NCBI GenBank assembly: GCA_004431415.1
Contig: QPMI01000031.1
Span: 28,604 to 92,603, forward strand
Reading direction: 5' to 3'
DNA length: 64,000 nucleotides
Source of the DNA: Cyanophora paradoxa CCMP329
Taxonomy: Eukaryota; Plantae; Glaucophyta
The notes beneath the pieces are model-generated. The model was not told the origin of the DNA. It saw only the letters and a program-made list of their open reading frames with translations, and ran no database searches. Below, piece by piece: positions 37,623-49,908 of the stretch (its first letter is position 1; every line of letters starts with the position of its first letter). The position numbers and the translations under genes were made by a program.

Positions 37623-37699
37623 GCGCGGGGCAGCTCCGACAGCGGAGTAGGCAGTCGGCTGCTTCTTCAGGCGCGGCGGTCTCGGCGATCGCTACTGCG

Positions 37700-38830
37700 A
37701 TGTCGGCGGAGCCAAACCGCTCCGTCGAGGTGAGCGTTTTCGCGGACTTGCGGTACTACCCGTGGGGCATCCAGGACCCTGAAGAGACGCAAGGTACTTG
37801 TCGCTTTTGCGACCAGGATGCCATACCATAGAAAACCCCTGTGCAGTTCCTGTGCGAGGCATGGCTGTGCGATTCACGATCAATGTTTCGGAGTCGTGGC
37901 CGGAAGCGTTAGTGGCCGATGTGTGCCGTGAGTATTTCGTGCCCAAATCCAATGTAGCGCTGTATTGGTACAACCCAGAAACCAATGGATTCGAGCGGCC
38001 GGTGCGAAAGTTCCTTGCGTCTGACGATGATTTCTGATGCGGCTTCCGCGAATTCACGCGTGCGCGTGCATGCGCACAGACATCGAAACCACAGGGACCA
38101 TCTCCAGGCGATCTCTTCTACCTCACGGGCGACCAATTTCCGCCGGGAGCGGAGCCCGCACGATACCTGGCAAGATTGGCCGCCCGTTTCTCAAAGGCAC
38201 CAGCGACGGCAGCGACGCAGAACAGCGATGCTCTAGATATAACTTCGCTCGTGCCGCCACCGCTCGACACGCGCGGACTCCTTTGTCTGCGCGCGACGCC
38301 ACCAGTCGAGAATATTAATGAAGGAAACAGCTCCGTAGCGGTGCATGTTGTAGCGGACGATTGGAGAATTATGTCAGGTGCCCATTTATCCCGTTTCAGA
38401 GACATTTCTTACAGAATTAATGGGCCTGTGCAGATCTTGTGCAAGTCAATGATCCGGATTCGGGGTCGTGGCCGGACGCGCTGCTGGCGCGGGCGTGCAG
38501 CGAGTTTCTCGTACCGAAAAACAATGTAGCGCTGTATTGGTTCAACCCAGAAACCAGTGGATTCGAGCGGCCGGTGCAAGCTTTCTTTGCGTCTGACGAT
38601 GATTTCTGATGCGGCTTCCGGATCCGCGAATTCACGCGTGCGCGTGCATGTGCACAGACATCGAAACCTCAGGGACCATCACCGGGTGATTTCTTCTACC
38701 TCGCGGGCGACCAGTTCCCGCGGGGATCCGGAGAACGAGCGCAGGCCTCGAACTACCTGTCGCGAATGCGAGCCATGATTGCTCTGGAAAACATCCGCTC
38801 AATGGCGACGTATAGTGCTAGCTAGCTTCA
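37700..38830 (+). CDS. Paralog of the H3-tail family with two tandem copies of the C-terminal domain and no recognisable H3 tail (possibly degenerate)
   Basis: VALYWYNPETNGFERP|TSKPQGPSPGDLFYL and VALYWFNPETSGFERP|TSKPQGPSPGDFFYL, with the same intron position as the other family members. Confidence 0.55.
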
Positions 38831-39169
38831 TTATTCCTGATGCACTACGCGTACGGCGCCGGCTTCGTCTCGAATACGAATTCGACCAGCATGTATATTC
38901 TCTAGTGGTTTTCGCATACATGGCTCTCTAGAGAATTCGAACTCTTCGATTTATGCGACCGCTAGCGCTCCGCGGCAGCGTTGTCCCAAGGCCGATACGC
39001 TCATTTGCGGCAAAGGATTCGAATTAAGAAAAATACAGCAATCTCTGCGCAGACGAATTCGAATCTCTGTTCCGCTCAGCGGCTAGCTATAGCGTGCATG
39101 GCGCCGGCGGCCACGACTTCGAATAAGATGCAGCTGTCGGGCCGCTAGGGGCCTTGAAACGGGCAATAG

Positions 39170-39807
39170 CTAGGATCCGAAAACGGTCGCCAGGAAGGGC
39201 GCGTGCTCGACTTCTGGGATCACCGAATCCCTCGCGACGTAGTACAGATCATCCGGGGATGGCCCTGGACTCGACCTCTGTGCACGCGCAAGCGTGAATT
39301 CGCGAATGCCGCATCATGATCAGAAATCGAGGGAAGACGGAAAGATATCTTGCACCGGCTCGAAGTACTCGGCAAAGAACTCGAGGTAAATGAAGCACCG
39401 ACTTGCTGGGTCGTATCGATACATCATCAGCGCATCAGGGTGCGCGTGGTATGTGCTGCGGACGAGTTCACGGTACGCAGCCTCCAGAAGATCTGTCTGC
39501 CACGTCTCTGAAACATAGATCTTCAATCTAACAGGCCCTGCGCTGTTTAGATTAGGGCACAAGCTTAAGGCATCGATGCAACCGTGGTCGCACCTGTCAT
39601 ATCAGTGATGCCCACCGGAAGGGGCCGGCAGTCCCCGAGAACGCGCACCTCGACAGAGCTGCCCGCGTTCTCGAGCCGCGATCGCGGCGCGTACAGAGCA
39701 ATCAGCGCTTCCGACTCGGCGACCTGCTCTTCTGTTGGCTCTGGTACTGGTGGCGCCGACCGCGGCTTCCGTGAAGTAACGAGCTGTTTTCGAATACGTT
39801 TCCCCAT
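39170..39807 (-). CDS. H3-tail-mimic family, copy A (3 exons)
   Basis: MGKRIRKQLVTSRK...PTEEQVAESEALIALYAPR...VEVRVLGDCRP|GPVRLKIYVSETW...YRYDPASRCF|PGPSPDDLYYVAR. Introns 39538-39593 and 39278-39355. Confidence 0.7.
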
Positions 39808-40316
39808 GCGGTAAGCATCGATCTCAGCTACTTTACAAACGAACTACGAGCGCCAAGTTGGTGGTCTCGAGCTCGAGACCGATGGCCGCGTACCGAACGC
39901 TCAGACCGAGCGCCGCCGAGGTAGCCGGCGGTGCTAAAGCCTCTAGCTAGCTAGATCGCGTGCTCTAGCTAGTTCTCCGACCGCCGGGTGCCGCCGTTGG
40001 AGCCTTGCTAGTGTGGTGGTCGGACGGGTACCCCCTGCGCGTAGTTCCCCCGGGCAAAGTCGCCGGGGCAAAGTCGCCGGGGCAAACTTGCCGGGGCGAA
40101 GTCGCGGTTTCCGGAGCGCCGGATCTGGAGCTGTGTTCTGCTAGCGTCCGAAGTGCTGTCGGCGTGGCAAGCGGTCAAAGTGCTGTCGGCGTGGAAGCGT
40201 GGCACGTGGCGCTCGAAAAGGTGCGCCGGATGCCTTCTTTCCGCATCCATGGCCATGGCGGGGTTAAGCTGCGCGTGCGTCCGTGCGGCCTCCCTTGACA
40301 GATGCGTCTCTCAGGG

Positions 40317-41200
40317 ATGGATGCACACGAGGAGACGAAACGCGAGTTCGAAGAGAGCGGCCAGGAGCGTGCGGAGAAACGCCAGCTGGAGACTTTCCAA
40401 GACGCCGGGGCGAACTTTCCGGAGCGAAGTCGCATGAGCGCTATTAAGCGCCCGCGTGCCGGAGATGCGTATGATGCGAAGGACGCAAAGGATGAAGTAC
40501 GCGCGGTCACACTTCATATCGCTACATCCAGCGTGCGTCTGCTCGCTCGCGCTTCGAATTCTTTGCTCGCTCGGCCACAAATTTAAACCACGCGCGCAGG
40601 AGATGCCCGTGGTCACTCTCGAAATCTCCAGCCCCGCCTGCATCGTCGTGCGGCCCGCCCGCCGGCGCCCTCTTGCTCGTTTTCTCAGACCAGCCGGCTT
40701 GCCATTGGCACAGGACCCGGAGCAGAGCACCTTCAAGCCCAAGCAGCGGCTGCCGGCAGAGGGGCTGGCCATCATCGAGGCCACCCTGCGTGCCCACCAG
40801 CCCCGCACGGTCGCATTGCGGCTTGAGAAGTGCGCGCGGCTCCCGAGCGCCGCCTCGTGCACTAAGTGCAGCCCGCAGCGCCCGCCTCGAGGACATTCCG
40901 GCATCGCTGCAGGATATCCTCGTCGAGAAGGTTGCGCACATCCACCTCGTCGGCGAGACCACGCTGCACCCGTTCCCAGAGGAGAACGCAGAGTCGGCCC
41001 TCGTCTATGCTACTATGTCGGACCTTCGCAAGCGTGGGCTGCTCACGATGACCATGTCGCCCGAGGTGCGGCACGGCCATGGCCAGCTAGCGCCCTCCCT
41101 TTCCTCGACCCCGCCCATCTGCAACCCAGGTACCCTGGCTCGTGGACCCCCTCAAGTTCGTTTGCGGCAAGTTGCCACCCTACAACAAGATTTTCCAACG
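40317..41200 (+). CDS. Hypothetical multi-exon protein, divergent partner of copy A
   Basis: Start MDAHEETKREFEES is homologous to MNAHEETKRKLEES at 43807. Downstream exons are protein-like; end uncertain. Confidence 0.45.
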
Positions 41201-42815
41201 GTTTAACACCTTCATGGAGCACATCTACGGCCCCTTCCTGTGAAATCAATCAGGGCAGGCACTCGTTATGCACTACGGCGCCGACATGTAATGCGCTACC
41301 TCAGTAGCTCTGAAACCCTGACTTCAATTAAATAGTGCACGCCTCCGCCTCGCCTATCGCCGGAGTCGACATTAGCAGTTGACGACGCTCAAATGGCAGG
41401 CGCGCGCTTTAGGCGAGAAAGCGCCATCGCTGAGCTACATGAAGCTCTCCACGCGTACATTCATGGGTTGCCGCTGCCCACAAGGGAGCCGACAAGTCGA
41501 CAACCGGCATCTTCGATGACAGGTGCATGCACATGCAGTTTTGCGGTCAAACCAGAATTGAGGAGAAACAGATCAAAAACCAAACCAGAACCAAGCTCGC
41601 CAAGATGTTCGAACCAGGGTGAAAGTGTCCAAATGGATTCCTGGTGCGAGGGTATCCGGGATTAGCTATGTGTCACTTGCAGTGATGTGTTCGGCATCGA
41701 TACCGGTATATTCGGATCCAGGGTATTGATTGAGTTTCCAGCTCAATCGCGAGCGTCTGCAGCTGGCATGGCTTATGTGAAGGCAGCACAGAAAACCCAT
41801 CGTGACATTCTTGTGCATGGTACACTCAAGATCTAAATATCGCGCGCAGTGATGTGTTCGGCATCGATACCGGTATATTCGGATCCAGGGTATTGATTGA
41901 GTTTCCAGCTAAATCGTGCGCACACATACATATGTTATTGAGTCCGTTCTGCTAATCCTTATAATCTCTGCGAAATGCACTTGCAGTTTGCGAAATGCGA
42001 GAGCGCAATCCCAAGTTCTTCGAGAGCCTTGAAACAAAGTAGTTTGAATTACACAGCTCTCTCGTCAAGAACTGCTCCACGTGCACCAGCACAAGACGAG
42101 AAGCACATGTTGGTGTCGCATGCAGGTAAAAACCATTGCACGTTAATCAACACATGAATTAATTGAATGTATACGCAGGGTTTCTATTCGCTGTTCCCTC
42201 TTATGCAGTACGTACACTACCAGGAATCTCGATAAATATAGCCAGCGAACAGATCTAGAGCGAAGCTTACAGACGGTATATCTTTCCAATAGACTATTAC
42301 CATCCGGACTTAAGCATTTCCTTGCCTCCCCAAAACTCTATTGCTAGAATAGTTATAGCAATCAGAAGGTCAGGTACATATGCACGCAGACATGCAGCTT
42401 GTTAAAGATCCGGCCGCGGAGGTAAGGCTCCTAGGAAACGGTACAGGTAGAATTTGTAATGTAGAACTTAGGTAAGGCTTGGTAGCCCGAGTGTATACGT
42501 AGTGGTATCCTGTTCGTGTCGTAGATTTGTTGTGTAATATGATGTGTTAAATATATTTGAATCGTTGTGTAAAGTTTCGGATTTCCAAAATTCGTGCTGC
42601 ACTACGGCGCCGGCTTCGACTTGGATCCGAGACGAATGCGACCAGCATGACTACTATATAGTTCACGTCTCCTGCTACTCAGAATTCGAATTCGAGAAAA
42701 CAATACAGCAATCTCTGTGCAGAAGAATCTGTGTTTGGCTAGTGCGCATGGCGTCGGCGACCACGAATAAGATGCAGCTGCGGACCCGTACTAGGTCCTA
42801 GGGGATTTGCACTGG

Positions 42816-43444
42816 CTAGGATCCGGAAACGGTCGCCAGGAAGGGCACGTGCTCGATTTTCGGGACCACCTCATGCCTCGCGACGTAGAACAAATCATCC
42901 GGGAATGGCCCTGTACTCGACGCCTGTGCACATGCACGCGTGAATTCGGGAATGCCGCATCAGAAATCAAGGTAAGAAGCAAAGATCGCTTGCACCGGCG
43001 GCTCGAAGCAACGGCTTTCTGGATCGTACCAATAGAGCGCAAGCCCGCTAACATTGCCTACAGAGTTGCATTCGCAGTCCAGGTCGAAGTAAGCCTGGAT
43101 CAGAAGGTCTGTCTGCCACGACATAGAAACATCTATCCTGACGCGCACTGGCCCTGCCTGTTGAGATCAGGGCACACAATCAGGGGCAACGATGCCGGGT
43201 TGCAATTGCACGTGTGCACCCGTCTTTTCAGTGACGCGTAGCGGGGAAGGCCGGCAGTCACCGAGAACCCGCACCTCGACTGAGCTGCCCCGTGCACGAG
43301 CCGCGGTCGTGGCGCGTATAGAGCAATCAGCACTTCCGACTCTGCGATCTGCTCTGCTGTCGGCGGCATGCGCAGCTGTCCCGCTGTCACTCCTGACTTC
43401 CTTGCAGCTTTGGTAGCGAGCTGTTTTCGAGGTACTTTCTGCAT
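42816..43444 (-). CDS. H3-tail-mimic family, copy B (apparent frameshift near 43290)
   Basis: MQKVPRKQLATKAARKS gives 14/15 identity to H3 K14-S28, followed by the family domain. Confidence 0.72.
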
Positions 43445-43806
43445 TCTGGAACGCAGTCCGACAGCGAGCGAACCGAGCGCCGCCGTCTTTGGAGCCTTGC
43501 TGGTGCGTGGTCGAACGAGTACCCCCGGCAGGAAGTTCCCCCGGGCAAAGCCGCCGGGGCAAAGTCGCCGGGGCAAAGTCGCCGGAGCACTGTCGCGGTT
43601 TCCGGAGCGCCGGATCTGGAGCTGTGTTCTGCTAGCGTCCGAAGTGCTGTCGGCGGGGCAAGCGGTCAAAGTGCTGTCGGCGTGGAAGCGTGGCACGTGG
43701 CGCTCGAAAAGGTGCGCCGGATGCCTTCTTTCCGCATGCGCACCCATATATAGCGGCCTTGCGCGTGCGTCCGTGCGGCCTCCCTTGACAGTAGCGTCTC
43801 TCAGGG

Positions 43807-44697
43807 ATGAATGCACACGAGGAGACGAAACGCAAACTCGAAGAGAGCGAACAGGAGGTTGATTATGAGCTTGAGACGGAGGAAAGCGGCCCGGCGCGTG
43901 CGGAGAAACGTGCGCGAGATGAGGCGTCGCGGCGGCAGCTCGAGAAGCAAGCGTCAGCGGAAGCGGTGGCGGAGATTCATCGACGTCTGCGGAAGGCTGA
44001 GGAGCGGGCTGCAGCCGCCAAGAACGACGCAAGAGCTCTCAGCGACGACGAAGAAGTGGAAGAGCGGCCAAAGGAGGTTCCGTGTCGTACCTGTGTCGAG
44101 AACCCATCATCCCCACTGTGCATATGCGCCATCATCCTGGGTATCGAAAGTGCCAGCACTTTGCACGAACTCCCTATGGACGTTCGGCCCTTCGCTAATT
44201 TGGCGCTTCGGATTGCCAAGCTCCACCGGCAGTCGCGGGCCTTCGACATCCTCCCCCAGTCGGGCGAGGACAGCGATCGCGAAGGAGAAGGTGAGGACAC
44301 GAATTACTGCACCACCCTGATTGAATCTCTGCCGTCGGAGGGGGAGGGGAATCTGGACCTGAACAGTGCGCATGGCCTTCTGTTTTAATTTACCCCGAGA
44401 AATTTTGCTTTCACAGAGCCAGTGATCATGAGCACAGGGGGACTCTGGGAGGACATCTGTATGGTCACCCTCGAAGGTTTTCAAGTGGTGAAGAGCCCGC
44501 TGCGCATGTTTCAGCTCTGTGATGGTGGTTTCCGCGTTTGCGATCCTCTTCATCCGTCCGTGGATGAAGCGCTTCGCGACCTCTGCGGACTCTGCCTCAG
44601 CAACAGCGACCTCGAGTTCTTTAGGGACATTTCCAAGCGCCTGAAAGAAAAGCAGGCCACTGAACAAGCACGCAAGCACATTTTGCATGACTTTTGA
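43807..44697 (+). CDS. Hypothetical 2-exon protein, divergent partner of copy B
   Basis: ORFs 43807-44388 and 44422-44697 join across a GT-AG intron. Charged N-terminus and a CxxC...CxC cluster. Confidence 0.55.
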
Positions 44698-45083
44698 CAT
44701 CTTGCATGTACCTTTGAACAAGCACGCAATAGTATACTGCAGCTGAAGCTTGAGCACCTCAACCTCGGAACCAACCTCAACGGGGCCGGGGCAGGGGGGG
44801 GCACGTAATTGTATTCGGAAACTTTAACTCTTCGATGGTTTTCGCATACATAGTTCTCTGGAGAATTCCAACTCTTCGATTTATGCGATCGCGGCCGCGG
44901 CAGCCATGCCCCAAGGCGCTCTGAATTCGAATTCGAGAAGACAATACTGCTACCAATCTCTGTGCACAAGAATCTCTGTTCGGCTAGCTTGCATGGCGCC
45001 GGCGGCCACCGCTAGCGTGCATGGCGCCGGCGTGCAATTCGAATAAGATGCAGCTGTCGGACCGCTAGGGGCCTTGACACTGG

Positions 45084-45723
45084 CTAGGATCCTGTAACGG
45101 TTGCCAGGAAGGGTGCATGCTCGACTTCCGGGATGATTTCCTTCATTGCCACGTAGAACAGGTCATCCGGGGATGGCCCTGGACTCGACGCCTGTGCACA
45201 TGCACGCGTGAATTCGGGAATGCCGCATCAGAAATCGAGGTAAGAAGCAAAGATCGCTTGCACCAGCGGCTCGAAGCACCGGCTAGCTGGGTCGTACCGA
45301 TAGAGCGACAGCTCGCGGCGATCAATGGGCACCGGTGTGCAGCGCAATTCCCGGTACGCTTGGGCCAGAAGATCTTTCTCCCACGTCTTTGAAACATACA
45401 GCTTGATTCGCACAGGCCCTGCGCGGTTGCAATTAGGGCGCACTGGCAGAGCAACGATGAACCGGACACATGTGCACCTGTCATTTCAGTGACGCGTGGC
45501 CGAGAAGGGCGGCAGTCCCGAGAACGCGCACCTCGACAGAGCTGCCCTCGAGCTCGTTCTCGAGCCGCGGTAAACGTCGCGGCGTGTATAGAGCAATCAG
45601 CGCTTCCGACTCTGCGACCTGCTCCGCTGTTGGCTCTGGATCGGGTACGAATCGTGAAGTAGGCGGTGCTTTCTTTGGTCTGGGTCTAGTGCCGAGAACT
45701 TTGCGGGGAGCTTTGCTTGACAT
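45084..45723 (-). CDS. H3-tail-mimic family, copy C (possible frameshift)
   Basis: MSSKAPRKVLGT...PTAEQVAESEALIALY...VEVRVLG; GPVRIKLYVSKTW...LYRYDPASRCFEPL. Confidence 0.65.
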
Positions 45724-46051
45724 TGCTTCTAGAGATGCGCGGCCGCAACGTTAACCCCAATGCCTTAATGTTTACCCCCCGGTGGGATTACCCCCTGGGC
45801 ATACTGACCGTGACTTCGTTCGCGATTCAGCTCTGTGATGGTGGTTTCCGCGTTCGCGATCCTCTTCATCCGTCCGTGGATGAAGCGCTTCGCGACCTTC
45901 GCGAAATCAATGCCGATACATTAAATCGCGACGAAAATTCGAATTGACAAAACGAAGTACAGCATTCCCTGTTCAAATATCGTGCATGGCGTCGGCGGCC
46001 ATGAATTCCAATAAGATGCAGCTGTCGGGCCGCTAGGGGCCTTGGCACTGG

Positions 46052-46682
46052 CTAGGATCCGGAAACGGTCGCCAGGAAGGGCGCGTGCTCGACATCCGGT
46101 ATTACCGAATTCCTCGCCACGTAGACCAGGTCATCCGCGAATGGCCCCAGCGGACTCGACGCCTGTGCACATGTTCGCGTGAATTCGCGAATACCGGATC
46201 AGAAATCGAGGTAAGAAGCAAAGATCGCTTGCACCAGCGGCTCGAAGCACCGGCTAGCTGGGTCATACCGATACAGATCCAAAGTGCGGAAATCGATTAC
46301 GTACGCATGACAGTTCAGGTCCATGTACGCACGGGCCCGAAGAACTCTCTGCCACGACATTCGAAAGTTTGAAATATCTATCGTGACTCGCACAGGCCCT
46401 GCGCTGTTGCGATTAGGGCTGTTGCGAGGCAAAGATGCAACCGGGTTGGACCTGTCATTGAAGTGACGCGTAGCGGGGAAGGCCGGCAGTCACCGAGAAC
46501 GCGAACCTCGATAGAGCTGCCCTCGTTCTCGAGCCGCGGTCGCGGCGTGATAGAGCAATCAGCGCTTCCGACTCTGCGATCTGCTCTGCTGTCGGCTGTC
46601 GGGACTCTGTCGCTGCTGACTTCCGTGAAGCTTTGGAAGCGAGCTGCTTGCTGCTTGCTGCTGCTTCGTCGCCGCGCTGCAT
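46052..46682 (-). CDS. H3-tail-mimic family, copy D (possibly pseudogene)
   Basis: KQLASKASRKSA...PTAEQIAESEALIAL plus the family domain, with frameshifts. Confidence 0.6.
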
Positions 46683-46989
46683 GTTCGAAATCCGCAGGAA
46701 TGCGCAGGCGCACCGTGATCTACTGCGCGCAGGCATGCGCAGGCATGAAATCATGAGCGCCAGACTCGATCTACTCAATCTGCTGGGTGCCGCTTTTGGA
46801 GCCTTGCTGGTGCAGTGGTCGGACGGGTACCCCCCGGCAAAGTAGTTCCCCCGGGCAAAGTCGCCGGGGCAAAGTCGCCGGGGACACTTGGAGCGAAGAC
46901 GCGAGGAAAGCTCCAGTACGCAAATTTAGAGGTATGCAAACCCGCCCGAACCGTGGAATCAACCATTTGAACGCACTGCCGCATACGCA

Positions 46990-49687
46990 GGTCAAAACCT
47001 CGTCCGGAGCGCCCTGCAGCGGAGCACCTCGGGTTTAAAGCTCCGGTTCTCACAAGTAGAGGTAGGCAAACCTGCAGATCCGTGGAATCAACCATTTGAA
47101 CGCAGCGCGGCACACGCAGGTCGAAACCTCGGCCGAAACCTCTTGCAACTCCGAGCTCAAGCGGGTACTTGGGGAGAAGCGAGAAGCTCCCGCAGTAATG
47201 CACACGCAAAGGCTGTTCACTCGAGCCCACGCACTTGCAGATGTGCGCCCGTGCCTGTGCTGTGTGAATGCACGTGGACTTGCAGCTGAGTGTGCAACAG
47301 GTTGAGAACACGTTCAGAGCCCTCCTTTTGGATTCGAAGAACACTCCGCTCTTCATTCGTCCGAAGTGGCTTTTCGGTTCGCCGAAGGAGCAGGGAATAT
47401 CGTTCCTTGGAATCGCGTCACCCAATTTCCGGATATGCATTGACAGTACCTTCCTCGCATCGGACAACCACAGAGCAACTTTGGTGCCTCTGTTTGATCC
47501 AAGCATCGTCTACTGCGGGGTGTGGAGTAACAGCACGGAGCACGTCGAAAGGATTCGTAAAACTCTTGATATCCAGTGGCCGTCACTTCGGGCGATCGAA
47601 ATCGACGACCTAGCCACCGCAGCGAAGCTGGACGGAACCTTGCAGAAAGACAGAAGACAAAAAGGTCTCAAATCCGGAATCCAGGATCTTTCTACGGAAT
47701 TTTTGCGTAAGGCGTTCGAGAAACCTGAGGATTTCAGATTCTTCGGGACTGGCTGGGACAGCGCCGAAGTGGACGAGACGAGGCTGGCCTTCGCTTTTCG
47801 GGAATTGGAAACAGGCATCGGGATTATCAAAGTCATTTTAAAAAGGGTGGGGTTGAAGCTGACTTCTGCAAAGTTTTCGCTATCACTATCTATCGCTCTC
47901 GCAAACTTCCGCTATCGTTTAGTATCCGGAGACGAGCAGGAGGTTTGTCCTCGACGTCTGTGATAAAGAGGTGAGCTTGCTTTACTTCTGCTTTTTCAAC
48001 CCGGCTGTTCTGCTGTTAATTATAATCGCAGGATGCACGTGTTGCTCTGGAGCTGAGCAAGTCTGAATGCGTCGACGGTGGAAAAGATGCATCCGCTCCG
48101 ACACTGACACCTTCGATGCAAAAAGAAAAGGATGCTTCGAACAAACCTTTCCCTCCCATTTCATTCGTCCCAGCGCAAGGTGCCTCAAATCTCCAGTCGG
48201 AATGGTCTTCAACCTATGGAGGCTGTCACAAACACACTGGTGACACGATGAAAGACAGTCTATCTATCCCTCGGATAAGTTGAATTCCGGCTCGCAGGTA
48301 CCGGTTCTCAGAATGCCGAACTTCGGGATCCGGAGGAGATTCGATGCTTGCAGCAGCAGGTGAAATCACTTCAGGATGATAACGCCTTACTTCGACAAGC
48401 GAAAGAGCGCGTCGACGGTAAATGCCTTTTTTGCGTTCAGCTATAACTGCTTTCAGTTAATTAGTATCCGCGCGTAATCCCCCGCTGCAGCCCCCGACTG
48501 CAGCGGCTGCAAGGAAAACGCTTTCCTGGTCGCCCAGCTGCAGCGGCTGCAAGGTCGAATCGCTCAGGGGCGCCTTCGTTCATTCTTCTTTTGAAACGTC
48601 TGCAGGCCTCCAGAATGAGAATGCTTCCCTGCTCGCCCAGCTGCAACGGCTGCAAGGTCGAATCGCTCAGGGGCGCCTTCGTTCATTCTTCTTTTGAAAC
48701 GTCTGCAGGCGTCCAGCATGAAAATGCTTCCCTGCTCGCCCAGCTGCAACGGCTGCAAGGTCAAATCGCTCAGGGGCGCCTTCGTTCATTCTTCTTTTGA
48801 AACGTCTGCAGGCGTCCAGAATGAGAATGCTTCCCTGCTCGCCCAGCTGCAACGGCTGCAAGGTCAAATCGCTCAGGGGCGCCTTCTTTCATTCTTCGTT
48901 CGAAACGTCTGCAGGCATCCAGAATGAGAATGCTTCCCTGCTCGCCCAACTGCAGCGGCTGCAAGGTCGAATCGCTCAGGGGCGCCTTCTTCCAGTCTCC
49001 TCTTGAAACGTCTGCAGGCGTCCAGAATGAGAATGCTTCCCTGGTCGCCCAACTGCAGTGGCTGAAAGGTCAAATTGCTCGGGGGCGCCTTCTTTCATTC
49101 TTCGTTTGAAACGTCTGCAGGCATCCAGAATGAGAATGCTTCCCTGGTCGCCCAGCTGCAGCGGACCAATGGTGTTTTTTTAGACTGCTTTTCGATTTAG
49201 GTCTCGATTTGACCGTTTCCCGTGCGTGTAGCTGTGAATGCAGCTCCCCAAGCGCAACTGCAGCGGCTGACCGGTTTCCACTTCGCCGTTTTCTCGGAAT
49301 TGGGATTTCTGAGTGACTGATAATGACTGCAGCTATGAATGCGGGTCTCCAATCTCAGAAGAAAGCTCTTCGTGGTACGCTATCTCACTCCTTCGCGGTA
49401 CATTCAATTTCCGGCCTTGAGTATGGGTATCTTAGATGAAGTCACGACGCTTCGTGGTACGGCGGTTTTCCTCCCCGATGATTTTATGAACGTCGCGGTA
49501 CATTTATGTTTACACCTCGTTCGCGATTCTTTGTAAATGTCAGCTGAAATTGCGACACTGCGAGGTATGGCGGTTCCCCTCGGATGCATTTTTATTTACT
49601 CCGATGCTGATATTGTGATCAGCAAAAATCGACGACCTGGAGGATGCTGAATTCCAGCGCCTGTTCGAAGGCGTGCTCAATATTTAG
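46990..49687 (+). CDS. Degenerate DnaQ/WRN-type 3'-5' exonuclease-like domain + coiled coil built from repeated mini-exons
   Basis: EIDDLATAA...SGIQDLSTEFLRKAFEKP....GWDSAEVDETRLAFAFRELE resembles the WRN-exo/RNase D C-half (DL..GL..L...L.K...S.W....L...Q..YAA.DA) with exoIII Y/D replaced. Start uncertain. Confidence 0.5.
48510..49165 (+). repeat. Tandem 103-bp exon+intron repeat (~6.5 units)
   Basis: GTCTGCAGGC recurs at 48598, 48701, 48804, 48907, 49010 and 49113. Each unit is a 51-nt exon (GVQNENASLLAQLQRLQ) plus a 52-nt GT-AG intron. Confidence 0.92.
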
Positions 49688-49908
49688 ACGTGTGATCTTC
49701 GTTTAAATCACAATTGAATTTCAGTATTGCACTGAACCTGCTGTTCAAATACGATTTAATCGGGAAGCTTCCACACAGTGCATACTCAGGCCACGGTCAT
49801 AGAGGAAGGAGGGGGGGGGAAGAGAAGGGGGGGGGAGTGCCGAACTTACCGCGGCCGGCAAAAAAAGCCGGCTTGGCGTGCAGTGCTGCCACAACTCGAA
49901 GCTGCTGG

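Noticed and set aside
41679-41910. Duplicated ~65-bp segment starting GTGATGT as possible snoRNAs
   Set aside because: Box C is imperfect, there is no terminal CTGA, and no rRNA complementarity was recognised; treated as a simple local duplication.
43394-43444. Bona fide histone H3 gene
   Set aside because: Only tail residues match; no histone-fold sequence (e.g. YRPGTVALREI) follows in any frame or copy.
48510-49165. CRISPR-like array
   Set aside because: The whole 103-bp unit repeats with no unique spacers, no cas genes are present, and the context is a eukaryotic exon-intron repeat.
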